A DNA stretch of 64,000 nucleotides from Candidatus Cryptobacteroides sp. (GTDB taxonomy: Bacteria; Bacteroidota; Bacteroidia; Bacteroidales; UBA932), in NCBI GenBank assembly GCA_045597895.1, contig JAZLLA010000053.1, positions 24,988 through 88,987 of the forward strand, read 5' to 3'. Shown here one piece after another: positions 28,007 through 37,715 of the stretch (the first letter of the stretch is position 1; each line of letters opens with the position of its first letter). The notes under the pieces are model-generated. The model was not told the DNA's origin. It searched no databases and saw nothing but the letters and a program-made list of their open reading frames with translations. The position numbers and the translations under genes were made by a program.

Positions 28007-29526
28007 CAGTGGGAGTTGATGATCTCTTCCAGGCGGCGGTCGAAATTGTTCCTGACGGAAACCTCGCGGTCGAAGATGAAGCATTCGCCGTTCTCTGCTG
28101 TGTAGGCCTTCCATTCAGGCAGTCCTTCGACGTTAGGGTCACCGGTCCTGGCGAAATTGGACCAGGAGTCAGCCATCCTGTCGGCGAGGCGGTAGTCAAG
28201 CTCCGTAGGCTCCGGAAGGGCCCCTTTATGGAACTGAAGGGTGTTGAAGCAGAAGTTCAGTTCGTTTCCGTGTACGGAACCGTTGTCCACAGGGGATCTC
28301 CAAGTCCACATATAGACATAGGTCGGAGCCTGTCTCGTCTCAGCTACAGCGTCAGCGGTGATGATGGTCTTGGGTCTGAACATCATATCGATGGAGAGAA
28401 GGTCCTGAGGGGTGTAGTCCGGCCAGGCCTCTGCGAAGGCCTCGACATAGGCGTCGGTATCGTCTCCAAAGGTGGCCTGAAGCTCAGCCTTGGCCTCTTC
28501 AAGAGTCATTTTCTGTCCGTACCAGCGTCTCTGAAGTTCGTTGAAAGTGGTTCCGATCATCAGTGGAACATCGGACGAAATCTCTGCGAAATCAGGCTGG
28601 AACGGCTGCTGGAGCAGGGTTTCCCCGTCAGGTGAAGGTCCAAATCCCCACATCATCGGAGTACCCGGAGTGCGGGTTCCGATGCTGGCCGCCATTGCAC
28701 GCTGACCTGCTGCCACAAGCTCGCCGTAAGGCACGTCATTGAGTTTCTCCAGCTCATCTCCGCCGATACCGAGCTCGGCGACCACGGCGCGGCCGAGCTC
28801 CTCGGTCATCGCCTTGGTATTGACATTGAGGATGGTGCCGCTCATAATTATTGCCTTATGGAAGAGGCCCTTGGCTGCAGGCATGCACATAAGCGTGCCG
28901 ACCTTGCCGCCGCCTCCGGACTCACCGAAGATGGTTACGTTCGAAGGATCGCCGCCGAAAGCGGCAATATTGTCACGGATCCACTCGAGGGCCTGGACAA
29001 TGTCGAGCATTCCGACCATTCCGGAGTCCTTGTACTCAGGGCCGAAGGTGGAGAGGTCGAGGAAGCCGAGGATGTTCAGGCGGTGGTTGAGGCTGACGAG
29101 GACTACGTCCTTCTTTGCGAGGCCCATTCCAGGGCTGCCGGCAGCCGAGCCGGAGTCGAAGCCGCCGCCGTGGATCCAGAGCATCACAGGCTTGCTGGCC
29201 TTCGTGTCAGTGGTCCAGACGTTCAGAACGCAGGAGTTCTTTTCCGACATAATGCTGTCAGGCACCTCGCGCATGCCGCTTCCCTGCATCACTTGAGGGC
29301 CGAAATGGTCGCAGACCATCACGGTGTCCCATTTATCGACTGGAAGAGGCGGCATGAAGCGTTCCACCTTGGCATATGGGATGCCGAGGAAGGCCATCGT
29401 GCTATCCTGTTCTATTCCTTTGACGAGTCCGTCACGGGTGCGGACGATGAGCGGATCGGACGGTCCGCAGGAGCAAACAGCCGCAAGCGCGGCTGTTGCA
29501 ATAAGTATTGTCTTAAGTGATCTCAT
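27970..29526 (-). CDS. carboxylesterase/lipase type B family protein, secreted
   Basis: Signal peptide/lipobox (AAVCSCG). Oxyanion-hole motif WIHGGGF, nucleophile elbow GESGGG, and FLGIPYA at the N-terminus. Confidence 0.8.
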   Translation of the reverse strand: MRSLKTILIATAALAAVCSCGPSDPLIVRTRDGLVKGIEQDSTMAFLGIPYAKVERFMPPLPVDKWDTVMVCDHFGPQVMQGSGMREVPDSIMSEKNSCVLNVWTTDTKASKPVMLWIHGGGFDSGSAAGSPGMGLAKKDVVLVSLNHRLNILGFLDLSTFGPEYKDSGMVGMLDIVQALEWIRDNIAAFGGDPSNVTIFGESGGGGKVGTLMCMPAAKGLFHKAIIMSGTILNVNTKAMTEELGRAVVAELGIGGDELEKLNDVPYGELVAAGQRAMAASIGTRTPGTPMMWGFGPSPDGETLLQQPFQPDFAEISSDVPLMIGTTFNELQRRWYGQKMTLEEAKAELQATFGDDTDAYVEAFAEAWPDYTPQDLLSIDMMFRPKTIITADAVAETRQAPTYVYMWTWRSPVDNGSVHGNELNFCFNTLQFHKGALPEPTELDYRLADRMADSWSNFARTGDPNVEGLPEWKAYTAENGECFIFDREVSVRNNFDRRLEEIINSHCFTKLEEFYATH

Positions 29527-30977
29527 GGTCTCTGAGCGGTCTTAGGGGTGCCGAAGAATGAGGCCTCGGCGTCATTTTCATCGAGGCAGAACACCATGAA
29601 CTGGTCTTCGCCTTCGCAGACCTTCCAGTCTCCCTGAGGGTCGCTGTACTTGGCGAAGTTGGTCCAGGCGGTAAGCATCTTCTCGGAGAGGTCCCAGTCT
29701 CCCTGGGTCCAAGGCCTCCAGCAGTGCTTGAGGGACTTGAAGACGAACCAGAGGTCTGACGAGTGGAACGCTCCCTTCAGGTAGTCCTCTGGGTGTGAAC
29801 CGTCGTCCGGGAGAGGACGGGCGAACTGGTAGGCGAATGCCGGGTCGCCCTTCTCCTTCCTGTCCAGGCAGAAGGCTGCGATGCCCGGAGCCATGTTGCC
29901 GGCGTCATTGAGCGTGAAGCCGATCATATAAGGTACATCGGCGAGGTTTCCTTCCTTGGCGGCGGTGTCGAAATCCTGCTTGCAGACGTATCCGTCGATG
30001 ACAGGTGCGAACATTCCCATTCCGCCACGGAGCCCGTTGACGCGGTTGTAGATATTGACAAGGGAGAAGATCTCTTCGGTGGAGCAGGCTCTCATCTTTT
30101 CGATGGTGTCGAGACCGGCCCAGTCCATTATTTCCTTGTAGTGGGCGGCCTGCTGCTCGAGGGTCTGAGGCTGCATAGCCGGCATTGCAGGCATTCCAGG
30201 GATGGCAGGCATCGGCATCGCGAAACCCTGGGCGCTCATTATGACCGCCTTGTGGAAGAGGCCGCGGGCAATAGGGGACTCGCTGAGGGTCCTGACGCTG
30301 CGGCCGCCGCCGCTCTGTCCGAAGATGGTGACATTGTCAGGGTCGCCGCCGAACTGGGCGATATTGGCCTGGATCCACTTTAGAGCCTGGACCTGGTCCA
30401 TTATTCCGTAGTTTCCTGACGAGCCGTGCTCGTTCTCGGCGATGAGGTCAGGGTGTGACATGAATCCGAACATTCCGAGGCGGTAGTTGAAGGTCACGAG
30501 GACAACGTCCTTCGCGGCCCACTCCTCTCCGTCGAACTCAGGCTCGAAGCCCCAGCCTTCCTTGAGGCCGCCGCCGTGGATCCACAGGGCGACAGGGAGT
30601 TTCTTGTCAGTGGCTCCCGGCGCCTTGGTATATACGTTCAGGTAGAGGCAGTCCTCGCTGTATGCAGGCTCGTCGCCGTAGCCCCATTCTGTGGTGTAGC
30701 CGCCAGGGTAGTGTGTGACCTGGAAGCCCGGGTGGCCGAAGGTGTCGCAGACCTTGACCCCTTCCCAAGGGACTACCGGCTGAGGTTCTTTCCAGCGGAG
30801 GTCTCCGATAGGAGGCGCTGCGTAAGGGATGCCCTTGAAGATGGTGACTCCAGGGAGCTCGCCCTGGAGTCCCTGGACCTGTCCTCCTTCAATGGTGAGG
30901 ACGGGGCTGTTCTGTGCGGCCGTACATCCCGCGAGGAGCGCGATGACTGCCAGAAGGATGAATACTGTTCTTTTCAT
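29523..30977 (-). CDS. carboxylesterase type B family protein, secreted (paralogue)
   Basis: Lipobox LLAGC, FKGIPYAAPP, WIHGGG, GQSGGG. 4-nt overlap with the downstream esterase. Confidence 0.8.
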   Translation of the reverse strand: MKRTVFILLAVIALLAGCTAAQNSPVLTIEGGQVQGLQGELPGVTIFKGIPYAAPPIGDLRWKEPQPVVPWEGVKVCDTFGHPGFQVTHYPGGYTTEWGYGDEPAYSEDCLYLNVYTKAPGATDKKLPVALWIHGGGLKEGWGFEPEFDGEEWAAKDVVLVTFNYRLGMFGFMSHPDLIAENEHGSSGNYGIMDQVQALKWIQANIAQFGGDPDNVTIFGQSGGGRSVRTLSESPIARGLFHKAVIMSAQGFAMPMPAIPGMPAMPAMQPQTLEQQAAHYKEIMDWAGLDTIEKMRACSTEEIFSLVNIYNRVNGLRGGMGMFAPVIDGYVCKQDFDTAAKEGNLADVPYMIGFTLNDAGNMAPGIAAFCLDRKEKGDPAFAYQFARPLPDDGSHPEDYLKGAFHSSDLWFVFKSLKHCWRPWTQGDWDLSEKMLTAWTNFAKYSDPQGDWKVCEGEDQFMVFCLDENDAEASFFGTPKTAQRP

Positions 30978-30980
30978 AGG

Positions 30981-32294
30981 TTATTTCTTTTTCGATGGTA
31001 CAGGTGAAAGTCTGTAGACTGCCACGTCGTGGGATGCTACAGTGACGTTGAAGGTGTTGGAAACCATCTTGCCGCGGTTCTTGCCCTTGCCCTTCGAGAG
31101 TGTGTTCACAGGCTTGGCTTCAGGGTTCCAGAGATCCTTTACATTGTAATTCGTGCCGTTGAAATCGGTGGAGCGTCCGCTCAGGCTGTCCTCAAGGTCG
31201 AGGTCGGACCATTTGAGCACTACGTTGAGAGGGTCGGGGCCGCCGTTGAGGAGGCAGAATGCCCAGTCGCCGTTCTCCAGAGGCTTGAACCAGTACTGGA
31301 GGTCTCCGTCCTTCTTCAGCCTGAGGCCCTGGATGCCGAGAGGATCCTGGTCGATGGCGATGAGGTCCTTGTTGGTGATGGTGGCGAGGGTCTCCGGGGA
31401 CATTGCGGTGATGTCGTTGCCCAGGATCAGAGGGGCGGCCATCATGCACCACATGGCGAAGTGGGCGCGGTTCTCGGCATCGCTCAGTCCGTTGCCGACC
31501 TCGAGCATATCCGGGTCGTTCCAGTGGCCCGGACCTGCGTACTGGCGAAGAGGCTCGTTGAGGTCGATGATTTCGAGCACTCCGAGGGACCTCCAGCGAG
31601 GTCGGCCGTTCTCGTCGTAGGTGATAGGGTCGGCGAGGAAGTGGGCTCCGATGTCACCGGTGGTGCGCCAGGAGTGGCCCACCTCGGCTGCCCATTCCCA
31701 AGGCTTGTTGGAACCCCATTCGCACATGCTGAAGAAGATAGGGCGTCCGGCCTTGCGGAGGGCGTTGCGCATGAGGGTGTATGCACCCTTCGGGTCGATG
31801 TTGTTAGTGTAGCACCAGTCGTATTTCAGATAGTCCACACCCCACTGGGCATACATATAGGCGTCCTGGTACTCGTGTCCGAGGCTGCCGGTGTAGCAGG
31901 CGCAGGTATTGGTGCCGGCGTCGCTGTAGATTCCGAGCTTGATGCCCTTCGAGTGGAGATAGTTGGCCAGGGCCTTCATCCCGGAAGGGAACTTTGTGAG
32001 GTCCTCGTGGACGAATCCCTGCTCGTCACGCTCTCCGTGCCATCCGTCGTCGAGGTTCAGATATACATAGCCGGCATCCACCAGGCCGAGCTCGACCATC
32101 TGGTCGGCGGTAGCTTTGATGAGTTCTTCATTGATGTTTGTCTGGAACTTGTTCCAGGAGCTCCATCCCATCTGAGGGGTTTCTGCGAGGCCTTCCCATT
32201 TCGGGAGAGGTGCATCTGGACGTCTCTGGGCGTCAGCAGGCTGCGCGGTGGCCATTACAGCCAGGCACGCGAGGAGGAAGAATGTTCTTTTCAT
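30981..32294 (-). CDS. alpha-galactosidase, GH27 family
   Basis: Signal peptide, with MGWSSWNKF, YLNLDDGW, DYLKYDWC (catalytic Asp region) and FSMCEWG. Confidence 0.85.
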   Translation of the reverse strand: MKRTFFLLACLAVMATAQPADAQRRPDAPLPKWEGLAETPQMGWSSWNKFQTNINEELIKATADQMVELGLVDAGYVYLNLDDGWHGERDEQGFVHEDLTKFPSGMKALANYLHSKGIKLGIYSDAGTNTCACYTGSLGHEYQDAYMYAQWGVDYLKYDWCYTNNIDPKGAYTLMRNALRKAGRPIFFSMCEWGSNKPWEWAAEVGHSWRTTGDIGAHFLADPITYDENGRPRWRSLGVLEIIDLNEPLRQYAGPGHWNDPDMLEVGNGLSDAENRAHFAMWCMMAAPLILGNDITAMSPETLATITNKDLIAIDQDPLGIQGLRLKKDGDLQYWFKPLENGDWAFCLLNGGPDPLNVVLKWSDLDLEDSLSGRSTDFNGTNYNVKDLWNPEAKPVNTLSKGKGKNRGKMVSNTFNVTVASHDVAVYRLSPVPSKKK

Positions 32295-32334
32295 ATGGGT
32301 TATTGATTGGTTTCAGTTCATACAAATATAATGA

Positions 32335-32385
32335 TTTCTTTTTTCGTTTTATTGAAAATCAGTAACTTTACGGCCATGAAAAAGA
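32335..32385. repeat. 51-nt promoter/start-codon module, copy A
   Basis: TTTCTTTTTTCGTTTTATTGAAAATCAGTAACTTTACGGCCATGAAAAAGA aligns with 51651-51700 (one T indel, 2 substitutions). It includes the -7-like box TAACTTTA and the ATG of the nuclease gene. Confidence 0.85.
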
Positions 32386-33839
32386 TGCTGAAACCATTCG
32401 CAGCTGCAGCCCTTGCGCTACTTGCCTTCTCTTGCGGAGAACCTGAACCCGAGGTTGTCAAAGCTTCCTTGAACATTGAGACTAAATCAATTGATTTTCC
32501 TGCCGAGGGTGGCTCATCGACTATCACTTTTACTGCGAATATGAACTGGACAATCACTAGCGACTCGCAATGGCTTCAGTTCAGCCTTCAATCGGGCTCC
32601 GGCTCTGCATCGGCCCAGAATGTCTCTGTCAGTGCGCTTGTGAACGACGAGTATACAGTCAGGAAAGCCACTGTTTCCATCTCGGTGGGCAACATCTCCA
32701 AGAATGTGCTGGTAAGCCAGGCCGCGAAGGAGGATGAGGACGGCATACGGACATTGACTATCAAGGAGTTCAGAAACAAAAAGTCTGACAAGAACACCTT
32801 CTACAGAGTGGTCGCTCAGGTTGCTTCCATCGCCAACTATCAGTACGGCAACCTCTACCTTGTCGATGATACAGGCTATCTGTATGTCTACGGTCTGACC
32901 GCCACTAAGGTTGCGGAGAATGACCAGACTTTCGCATCCCTCGGCATCAAACCTGGGGACAGAATATCCCTCATAGGATATAGAAATGATTATCAGGGTG
33001 TTATCGAGGCCAGTGGATCCTATCTTGAAAAGGACACTCCGGGAAAATATGACGGATGGCGTGCTTCCAGTACGAAGGCCGGCTGGATGGAACTTCCTGC
33101 CACTTCTGACGCTGACGGTCACGACATTGCTGTGCATATGTTCCACTCTGACGGCTTGAACGGCAGAAGTTATTCCATTTACTGGGACTATGAGAACCGC
33201 GTTTCCCTCTGGGAGGCTTATCCTCTGTTTTTCAAGTCCAGAGGCACTGGCAGCCGCTCCGATGCCTGGGCGCTCAATCCGCTTATCCCGGAGGACAAAC
33301 AGTTCAATGTTTCCAAGAGCTCGTTCAGGACCGGCAACGGTGGCTCTTATGTCAGAGGCCATCAGGTCCCTTCAGCTGACAGGCTCAACTACAAGGACAA
33401 CCTCGACCTCTTCTTTTGCACCAACATATTCCCTCAGAATGCCGAATTCAATGAAGGCCTATGGAGTGACCTCGAAGAGGATGTCCGTATCTGGTCCAAC
33501 CAGTGTGACACCCTGTATGTGGTTACCGGAGTCGACGTCCAGGGCAGCACTACATATGTTCTCGACAATAATGGAGCTCATGTAACTGTCCCTACAGGTG
33601 CCTACAAGGCCGTTCTAAGATACTCGAAGAACGATGGCTACAGTGGTGCGGCATTCTATATGGAAAACAAGAAACCTGCAGGCGGCGTGACTGTCAAGTC
33701 CTCGTCGATGTCCATCAGAGACCTCGAGAAGAAGGTCGGAGTCGACTTCTTCGTGAACCTTCCTGTTGCCGTTGGCAATGACGAAGCCGCCGCAATCGAG
33801 TCTGCCGACCCTGCTACCCTCTCCTGGCTCTGGAACTAA
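32376..33839 (+). CDS. secreted DNA/RNA non-specific endonuclease with N-terminal BACON and OB-fold domains
   Basis: Lipobox LLAFSCG. BACON-like SSTITFTANMNWTITSDSQWLQFSLQSGSGSASAQNVSVS. OB-like FYRVVAQVASIANYQYGNLYLVDDTGYLYVYG...GDRISLIGYRNDYQG. NUC catalytic motif YVRGHQVPSADR and NIFPQNAEFNEGLW. Confidence 0.8.
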   Translation: MKKMLKPFAAAALALLAFSCGEPEPEVVKASLNIETKSIDFPAEGGSSTITFTANMNWTITSDSQWLQFSLQSGSGSASAQNVSVSALVNDEYTVRKATVSISVGNISKNVLVSQAAKEDEDGIRTLTIKEFRNKKSDKNTFYRVVAQVASIANYQYGNLYLVDDTGYLYVYGLTATKVAENDQTFASLGIKPGDRISLIGYRNDYQGVIEASGSYLEKDTPGKYDGWRASSTKAGWMELPATSDADGHDIAVHMFHSDGLNGRSYSIYWDYENRVSLWEAYPLFFKSRGTGSRSDAWALNPLIPEDKQFNVSKSSFRTGNGGSYVRGHQVPSADRLNYKDNLDLFFCTNIFPQNAEFNEGLWSDLEEDVRIWSNQCDTLYVVTGVDVQGSTTYVLDNNGAHVTVPTGAYKAVLRYSKNDGYSGAAFYMENKKPAGGVTVKSSSMSIRDLEKKVGVDFFVNLPVAVGNDEAAAIESADPATLSWLWN

Positions 33840-33917
33840 TACCAAACAGTCACAGATGCTGGTATCCGTGCTACCTTCTTTGGAATAAGAGCAAATTCCT
33901 ATATAGTATTAATCTTC

Positions 33918-33950
33918 AGCGTGGTCCCCTACAGGGTCGCGCTTTTTTTT
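33918..33950 (+). terminator. terminator after the nuclease gene
   Basis: Imperfect 10-bp stem (AGCGTGGTCC / GGGTCGCGCT, with G-U pairs) and a 5-nt loop, followed by T8. Confidence 0.5.
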
Positions 33951-34949
33951 ATGAAACTTATAATGAAGACAACCTCCAAATCTCAAATTCTTTTTTTTCC
34001 CTACATCGATGTTCTTGTACAAGTTCTTATTGTGGAAGGAAGGGTAGGAACTGCCCAGTCATATATAAAGGCCAAATCCAGTTTCCTCTGTTTTCTCAAA
34101 GAATCGGATAATATGGAAGAAGAATCCGTTAAGATAGAATCCATAGACAGTTTTATGATTGGAAGATACAACGGATATCTTCTTTCACGAGGGCTTGTCC
34201 GCAATAGCATTTCTTTTTACAACAGGGTGCTTCGTTCGATTTATAACAAGGCCGTAAAGCAATACCATCTGGTCGACAAGCGTCCGTTTGACCAGGTATA
34301 TACCGGTGTGGACAAAACAGTCAACAGGGCAATAAGAGAGAGCACAATTGCAAAACTCCTTGTATTGAATCTGTCATATGATAAAACTCTTGAAATGGTA
34401 AGAGATTTATTTGTGTTCAGCTATGCTGCTAGAGGGATGGCATTTGTCGACATTGCATATCTTAGGAAAGCGAACATCCACGGAAAATATATAACATATT
34501 GCAGGAAGAAGACAGGTACAAGATTGGAGATAAGAATAGAAGATCAAATCGATAAACTGATCAAGAAATATACCAATCCGAATAGTCAGTATGTCTTCCC
34601 GATTCTTGAAGGGGCATCATCAGATGACGAACAGGAGGTATATCGTCATTATCAGTCAAAACTGGCTTCTTTCAATAGAAAGTTAAAGACATTGGCATCA
34701 ATGGTTGATGAGCCGCTCAAACTGACTACATATGTAGCCCGGCACAGTTGGGCAACTGCGGCCAGAAATACAAACATTCCAATGAGCATAATCAGCGAGG
34801 GCCTGGGCCATAAAAGCGAGCGTACAACCAGAATATACCTCGCATCTTTTGATGAGAGTCTTATAGATGAAGCAAATGTGAAGCTTTTGAAGAGGATTGG
34901 ATATTTGTTCGTATCTATGAAAGAGACGAACAATGGCCTTGTAGATTAG
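33951..34949 (+). CDS. tyrosine site-specific recombinase (phage integrase family, Bacteroidales fimbrial-locus type)
   Basis: Catalytic box ARHSWATAA ... LGHKSERTTRIY (R..H-x-x-R..Y) and an N-terminal SAM-like core-binding region. AT-rich. Start at ATG 33951; alternatives are nearby. Confidence 0.85.
   Translation: MKLIMKTTSKSQILFFPYIDVLVQVLIVEGRVGTAQSYIKAKSSFLCFLKESDNMEEESVKIESIDSFMIGRYNGYLLSRGLVRNSISFYNRVLRSIYNKAVKQYHLVDKRPFDQVYTGVDKTVNRAIRESTIAKLLVLNLSYDKTLEMVRDLFVFSYAARGMAFVDIAYLRKANIHGKYITYCRKKTGTRLEIRIEDQIDKLIKKYTNPNSQYVFPILEGASSDDEQEVYRHYQSKLASFNRKLKTLASMVDEPLKLTTYVARHSWATAARNTNIPMSIISEGLGHKSERTTRIYLASFDESLIDEANVKLLKRIGYLFVSMKETNNGLVD
34914..34930. repeat. left arm of a 17-bp perfect inverted repeat (candidate inverton IRL)
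   Basis: TCTATGAAAGAGACGAA. Its exact reverse complement lies at 35049-35065. The arm sits inside the last codons of the recombinase gene. Confidence 0.85.
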
Positions 34950-35009
34950 TCAAACATTATACTTTTGAAATTAGCTCATTACAGAAAATGAAAATTTATC
35001 ACCAAAATG

Positions 35010-35041
35010 TTTGTTCTATCTTAAAATTTCCTATATATTTG
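35010..35041 (+). promoter_or_regulatory. consensus Bacteroides promoter inside the candidate invertible segment, facing the pilus-like operon
   Basis: TTTG (35010-35013), 20 nt, then TATATTTG (35034-35041), ending 7 nt before the right IR arm. A second -7-like box TACTTTTG lies at 34960-34967. Confidence 0.55.
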
Positions 35042-35048
35042 CCACTGT

Positions 35049-35065
35049 TTCGTCTCTTTCATAGA
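35049..35065. repeat. right arm of the 17-bp inverted repeat (candidate inverton IRR)
   Basis: TTCGTCTCTTTCATAGA is the reverse complement of 34914-34930. The spacer is 118 bp. Confidence 0.85.
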
Positions 35066-35300
35066 ACATGACAAACTGAACAGTGTGAAAATAGTGAGTT
35101 TTCCTGATTTTGGTTGACTCGATTACGTCTTATCTCTAGAAGAAGTGGTATTTGAAGGACGTTCAGTATCAGAAAGAGGGGGGATATAAGAATGGGCAGT
35201 GATATAGCTGCCCGTGTATTGTTGTTTCGTCGCGTTTGTTTGCTTGACTTTGTGCAATGGTAATATGTTTGATAGTCACAGAACACTGAAAACACTCATT

Positions 35301-35927
35301 ATGGAGAAGTCACTCCTTCTGGTGTTTATTCTGTTCAGCCTTCCGTTGTCTGCGCAGGAGGTCAAGGATTCTGTATCCGTTAGGGGCCCTTCTTCTCCAC
35401 AGGCAGAGAAGCGTGAGGAGCCTTCTAATAGCCGTGCAGAGTGCCGTTTGGGAACCAATATCCTGTATGATGTGGCCACTGTTGCCAATCTTTCACTGGA
35501 AATCGGTTTCGCCAGACGTGTGGCGCTTAATCTCTCCTCTGCTTTCAGTCCCTGGGACATCAAGCCAGACCTTAAATTCAGGGCCCTCCTTCTTCAGCCG
35601 GAGCTCCGTTGCTATCTTTCGAAGGGTTTCAAGGGGCACTATCTGGGCGCAGAGGGTCATTATGGATGGTACAATATCGCCATCTGCGATATGGACAGGT
35701 ATCAGGACAGGGACGGGAACACACCTCTATGGGGTGCGGGCCTCAGTTATGGATACGTCGTTTCATTCAACAGACATCTGGGTATGGACTTCAGTATCAG
35801 TGCCGGATACGCGAAACTTGTCTATGACTGCTTCTACAACATCGAGAACGGCGCAAAGTTTACCACGGTAACCCGTGAATGGTGGGGCCCCACCAGGATA
35901 GGGATGTCCATTTATTATCAGTTTTAA
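35301..35927 (+). CDS. DUF3575-family outer membrane beta-barrel protein
   Basis: Signal peptide MEKSLLLVFILFSLPLSAQE. The pattern LGTNILYDVATVANLSLEIGF...LLLQPELRCYL...GHYLGAEGHYGWYNI...GAGLSYGYV...WWGPTRIGMSIYYQF matches my memory of DUF3575, the first gene of many Bacteroidales fimbrial operons. Confidence 0.8.
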   Translation: MEKSLLLVFILFSLPLSAQEVKDSVSVRGPSSPQAEKREEPSNSRAECRLGTNILYDVATVANLSLEIGFARRVALNLSSAFSPWDIKPDLKFRALLLQPELRCYLSKGFKGHYLGAEGHYGWYNIAICDMDRYQDRDGNTPLWGAGLSYGYVVSFNRHLGMDFSISAGYAKLVYDCFYNIENGAKFTTVTREWWGPTRIGMSIYYQF

Positions 35928-35930
35928 GCC

Positions 35931-36971
35931 ATGAGGAGAATGACGTCCATACTTATGGCTTTGAGCCTTGCCACATTCTTTATCTGCTCCTGCGAGAAGA
36001 TACACGAGTTCCCTATGGAGGGGAGGGACATTGATCCTACAGAGATTGGAGCCGGTATCGACATCAGGTGCAAGGTCGAGGTTCCGGTACACGATATCAT
36101 CACGCGATCAGTGTTCTCGGACCCTCAGTCGCAGGCATCTGCTTCTGATTACGAGCGCCGTTATGTCGTGAATATATATGCAGCGGAATACACTGACACG
36201 TTGGTGGAGTCGCATACTGTATACCGCGAGGCGGAAGATGTCTCAGACCTTCTCATCGAAACGAAACTTCATGCGAGAAAGTACAGGCTGGTCGTCTGGA
36301 TGGATTATGTACGGAAGGATACTGGGCAGGACCTGTATTATCAGACAGGCGACGGCAAGATGCTGAACGCCATCCATCAGCCTTCTGCGCGCAGTTATCT
36401 TGCATGCAGCGATTTCAAGGACGCGCAGTCGTTCGTTTCGGATATCGATCTGACTTCCTATTCCGGAAAGTGGTTTGAGAGTGTGTCCATAACCGCTCCT
36501 CTTTCCCGTCCGGTAGCGAAAATCACCATCCTTGCAAGTGACTTCGAGGATTATGCTTCTTCCATAGGATACACGGGGCCGCTTTCAGCTCTGGCGGATG
36601 ACATAATCGTCGACGTCAGCTATGACGGGTACTATCCGACAGGCTTCAACGCCTTCACCGGCAAGCTGAATGACTCGGAACCGGGATACGGATTCAGTTC
36701 ATGCCTGACGTATCCTTATTCTTTGGACGGCATTGATTACACCCGTATGGGTTTCGACTATGTGTTCGTCAACAACGACAAGTCTTCCGTGACCCTCACT
36801 GTAAGGATCAAGTCCGGGAGCGGACAGTTCATCAATGAAATCAGTACCATCGTCGTTCCGGTGGAAAGGGGAAAGGAAACGGTGGTGATATATAAGTTCT
36901 TCACAAAGGAAAGTGTCCCTGGAATAGGTATCAATCCTGGATTTGACGGAGAGTTCAACGTATATGTATAG
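35931..36971 (+). CDS. FimB/Mfa2-like fimbrial anchor-type lipoprotein
   Basis: Lipobox FFICSC, 346 aa. Motifs YRLVVWMDYV, DLYYQT, DAQSF and LSRPVAKITILASD parallel the FWAD / DAFF / RPFAQLN motifs of the downstream paralogues and of the Mfa2 family. Confidence 0.55.
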   Translation: MRRMTSILMALSLATFFICSCEKIHEFPMEGRDIDPTEIGAGIDIRCKVEVPVHDIITRSVFSDPQSQASASDYERRYVVNIYAAEYTDTLVESHTVYREAEDVSDLLIETKLHARKYRLVVWMDYVRKDTGQDLYYQTGDGKMLNAIHQPSARSYLACSDFKDAQSFVSDIDLTSYSGKWFESVSITAPLSRPVAKITILASDFEDYASSIGYTGPLSALADDIIVDVSYDGYYPTGFNAFTGKLNDSEPGYGFSSCLTYPYSLDGIDYTRMGFDYVFVNNDKSSVTLTVRIKSGSGQFINEISTIVVPVERGKETVVIYKFFTKESVPGIGINPGFDGEFNVYV

Positions 36972-37701
36972 AAAGTCCTGCATATTGATAGCAATTGCTC
37001 TTGTACTGGTTTCCTGCAGCAAGGATCCGGTCGGGAGCGGGGTGGATACACGGTTCTGCGCTACCATAGAGCCCGAGGTCACCGTGCGTTCCGGTGTAGC
37101 GGAAGATGAGCCTGTCGTCGCTGACCACGCCATTCTTGAAATCTGGATGAACGGTTCCCTGAAGGTCCGTCAGGAGAAGGGAATGCAGCCGGGTGCGAAA
37201 CGGGTTGCATTTGATAATGTAAGGCTTGCCGGTGGACAGGACTATGATGTCTTCGTCTGGGTGGACTGCCAGGGATTCTATAAAACGGATGACTTGCGTA
37301 GCGTGAGCCTGAATGCTGAAACGAATTATGACGGAGGGACCCCTGGATTTGATGCTTTCTTCGCATACACGCAAATACACAGCAGCCAGGGTGGCGGTGT
37401 CTGCGATGTCGTTCTGAAAAGGCCGTTTGCCAGGCTGAACTTCAGTGCCGGTGTATCTTCGCCGGCAACGATCGGTTTTACGGCAGCCACCACGCTCGAC
37501 CTCAAAACCGGCGTGGTGTCAGGCTCCAGGGAATTCCAGTATACCATAGCTCCGACCGATTCCGGGGTGGCGGCATTCGATTATGTGTTTGCCGATGAGA
37601 GTCAGGGGCGGATGGATTATTCGTTTACTTTGGGCGGAGCTCAACCAATCACTGCTTCTATCCCGATAGAAAGGAATAAAGTAACAAATATCATAAAATA
37701 A
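36964..37701 (+). CDS. short pilin-fold lipoprotein (paralogue P3, divergent)
   Basis: Lipobox LVLVSC. Motifs VFVWVD, DAFFAY, LKRPFARLNF, FDYVFAD and ERNKVTNI. 8-nt overlap (ATGTATAG) with the upstream gene. Confidence 0.5.
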   Translation: MYRKSCILIAIALVLVSCSKDPVGSGVDTRFCATIEPEVTVRSGVAEDEPVVADHAILEIWMNGSLKVRQEKGMQPGAKRVAFDNVRLAGGQDYDVFVWVDCQGFYKTDDLRSVSLNAETNYDGGTPGFDAFFAYTQIHSSQGGGVCDVVLKRPFARLNFSAGVSSPATIGFTAATTLDLKTGVVSGSREFQYTIAPTDSGVAAFDYVFADESQGRMDYSFTLGGAQPITASIPIERNKVTNIIK

Positions 37702-37715
37702 GACCTTACCGAATT

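Noticed and set aside
31029-32306. 425-aa plus-strand ORF
   Set aside because: It is a mirror ORF of the GH27 alpha-galactosidase gene, and the translation is low-complexity (V/G/A/E-rich).
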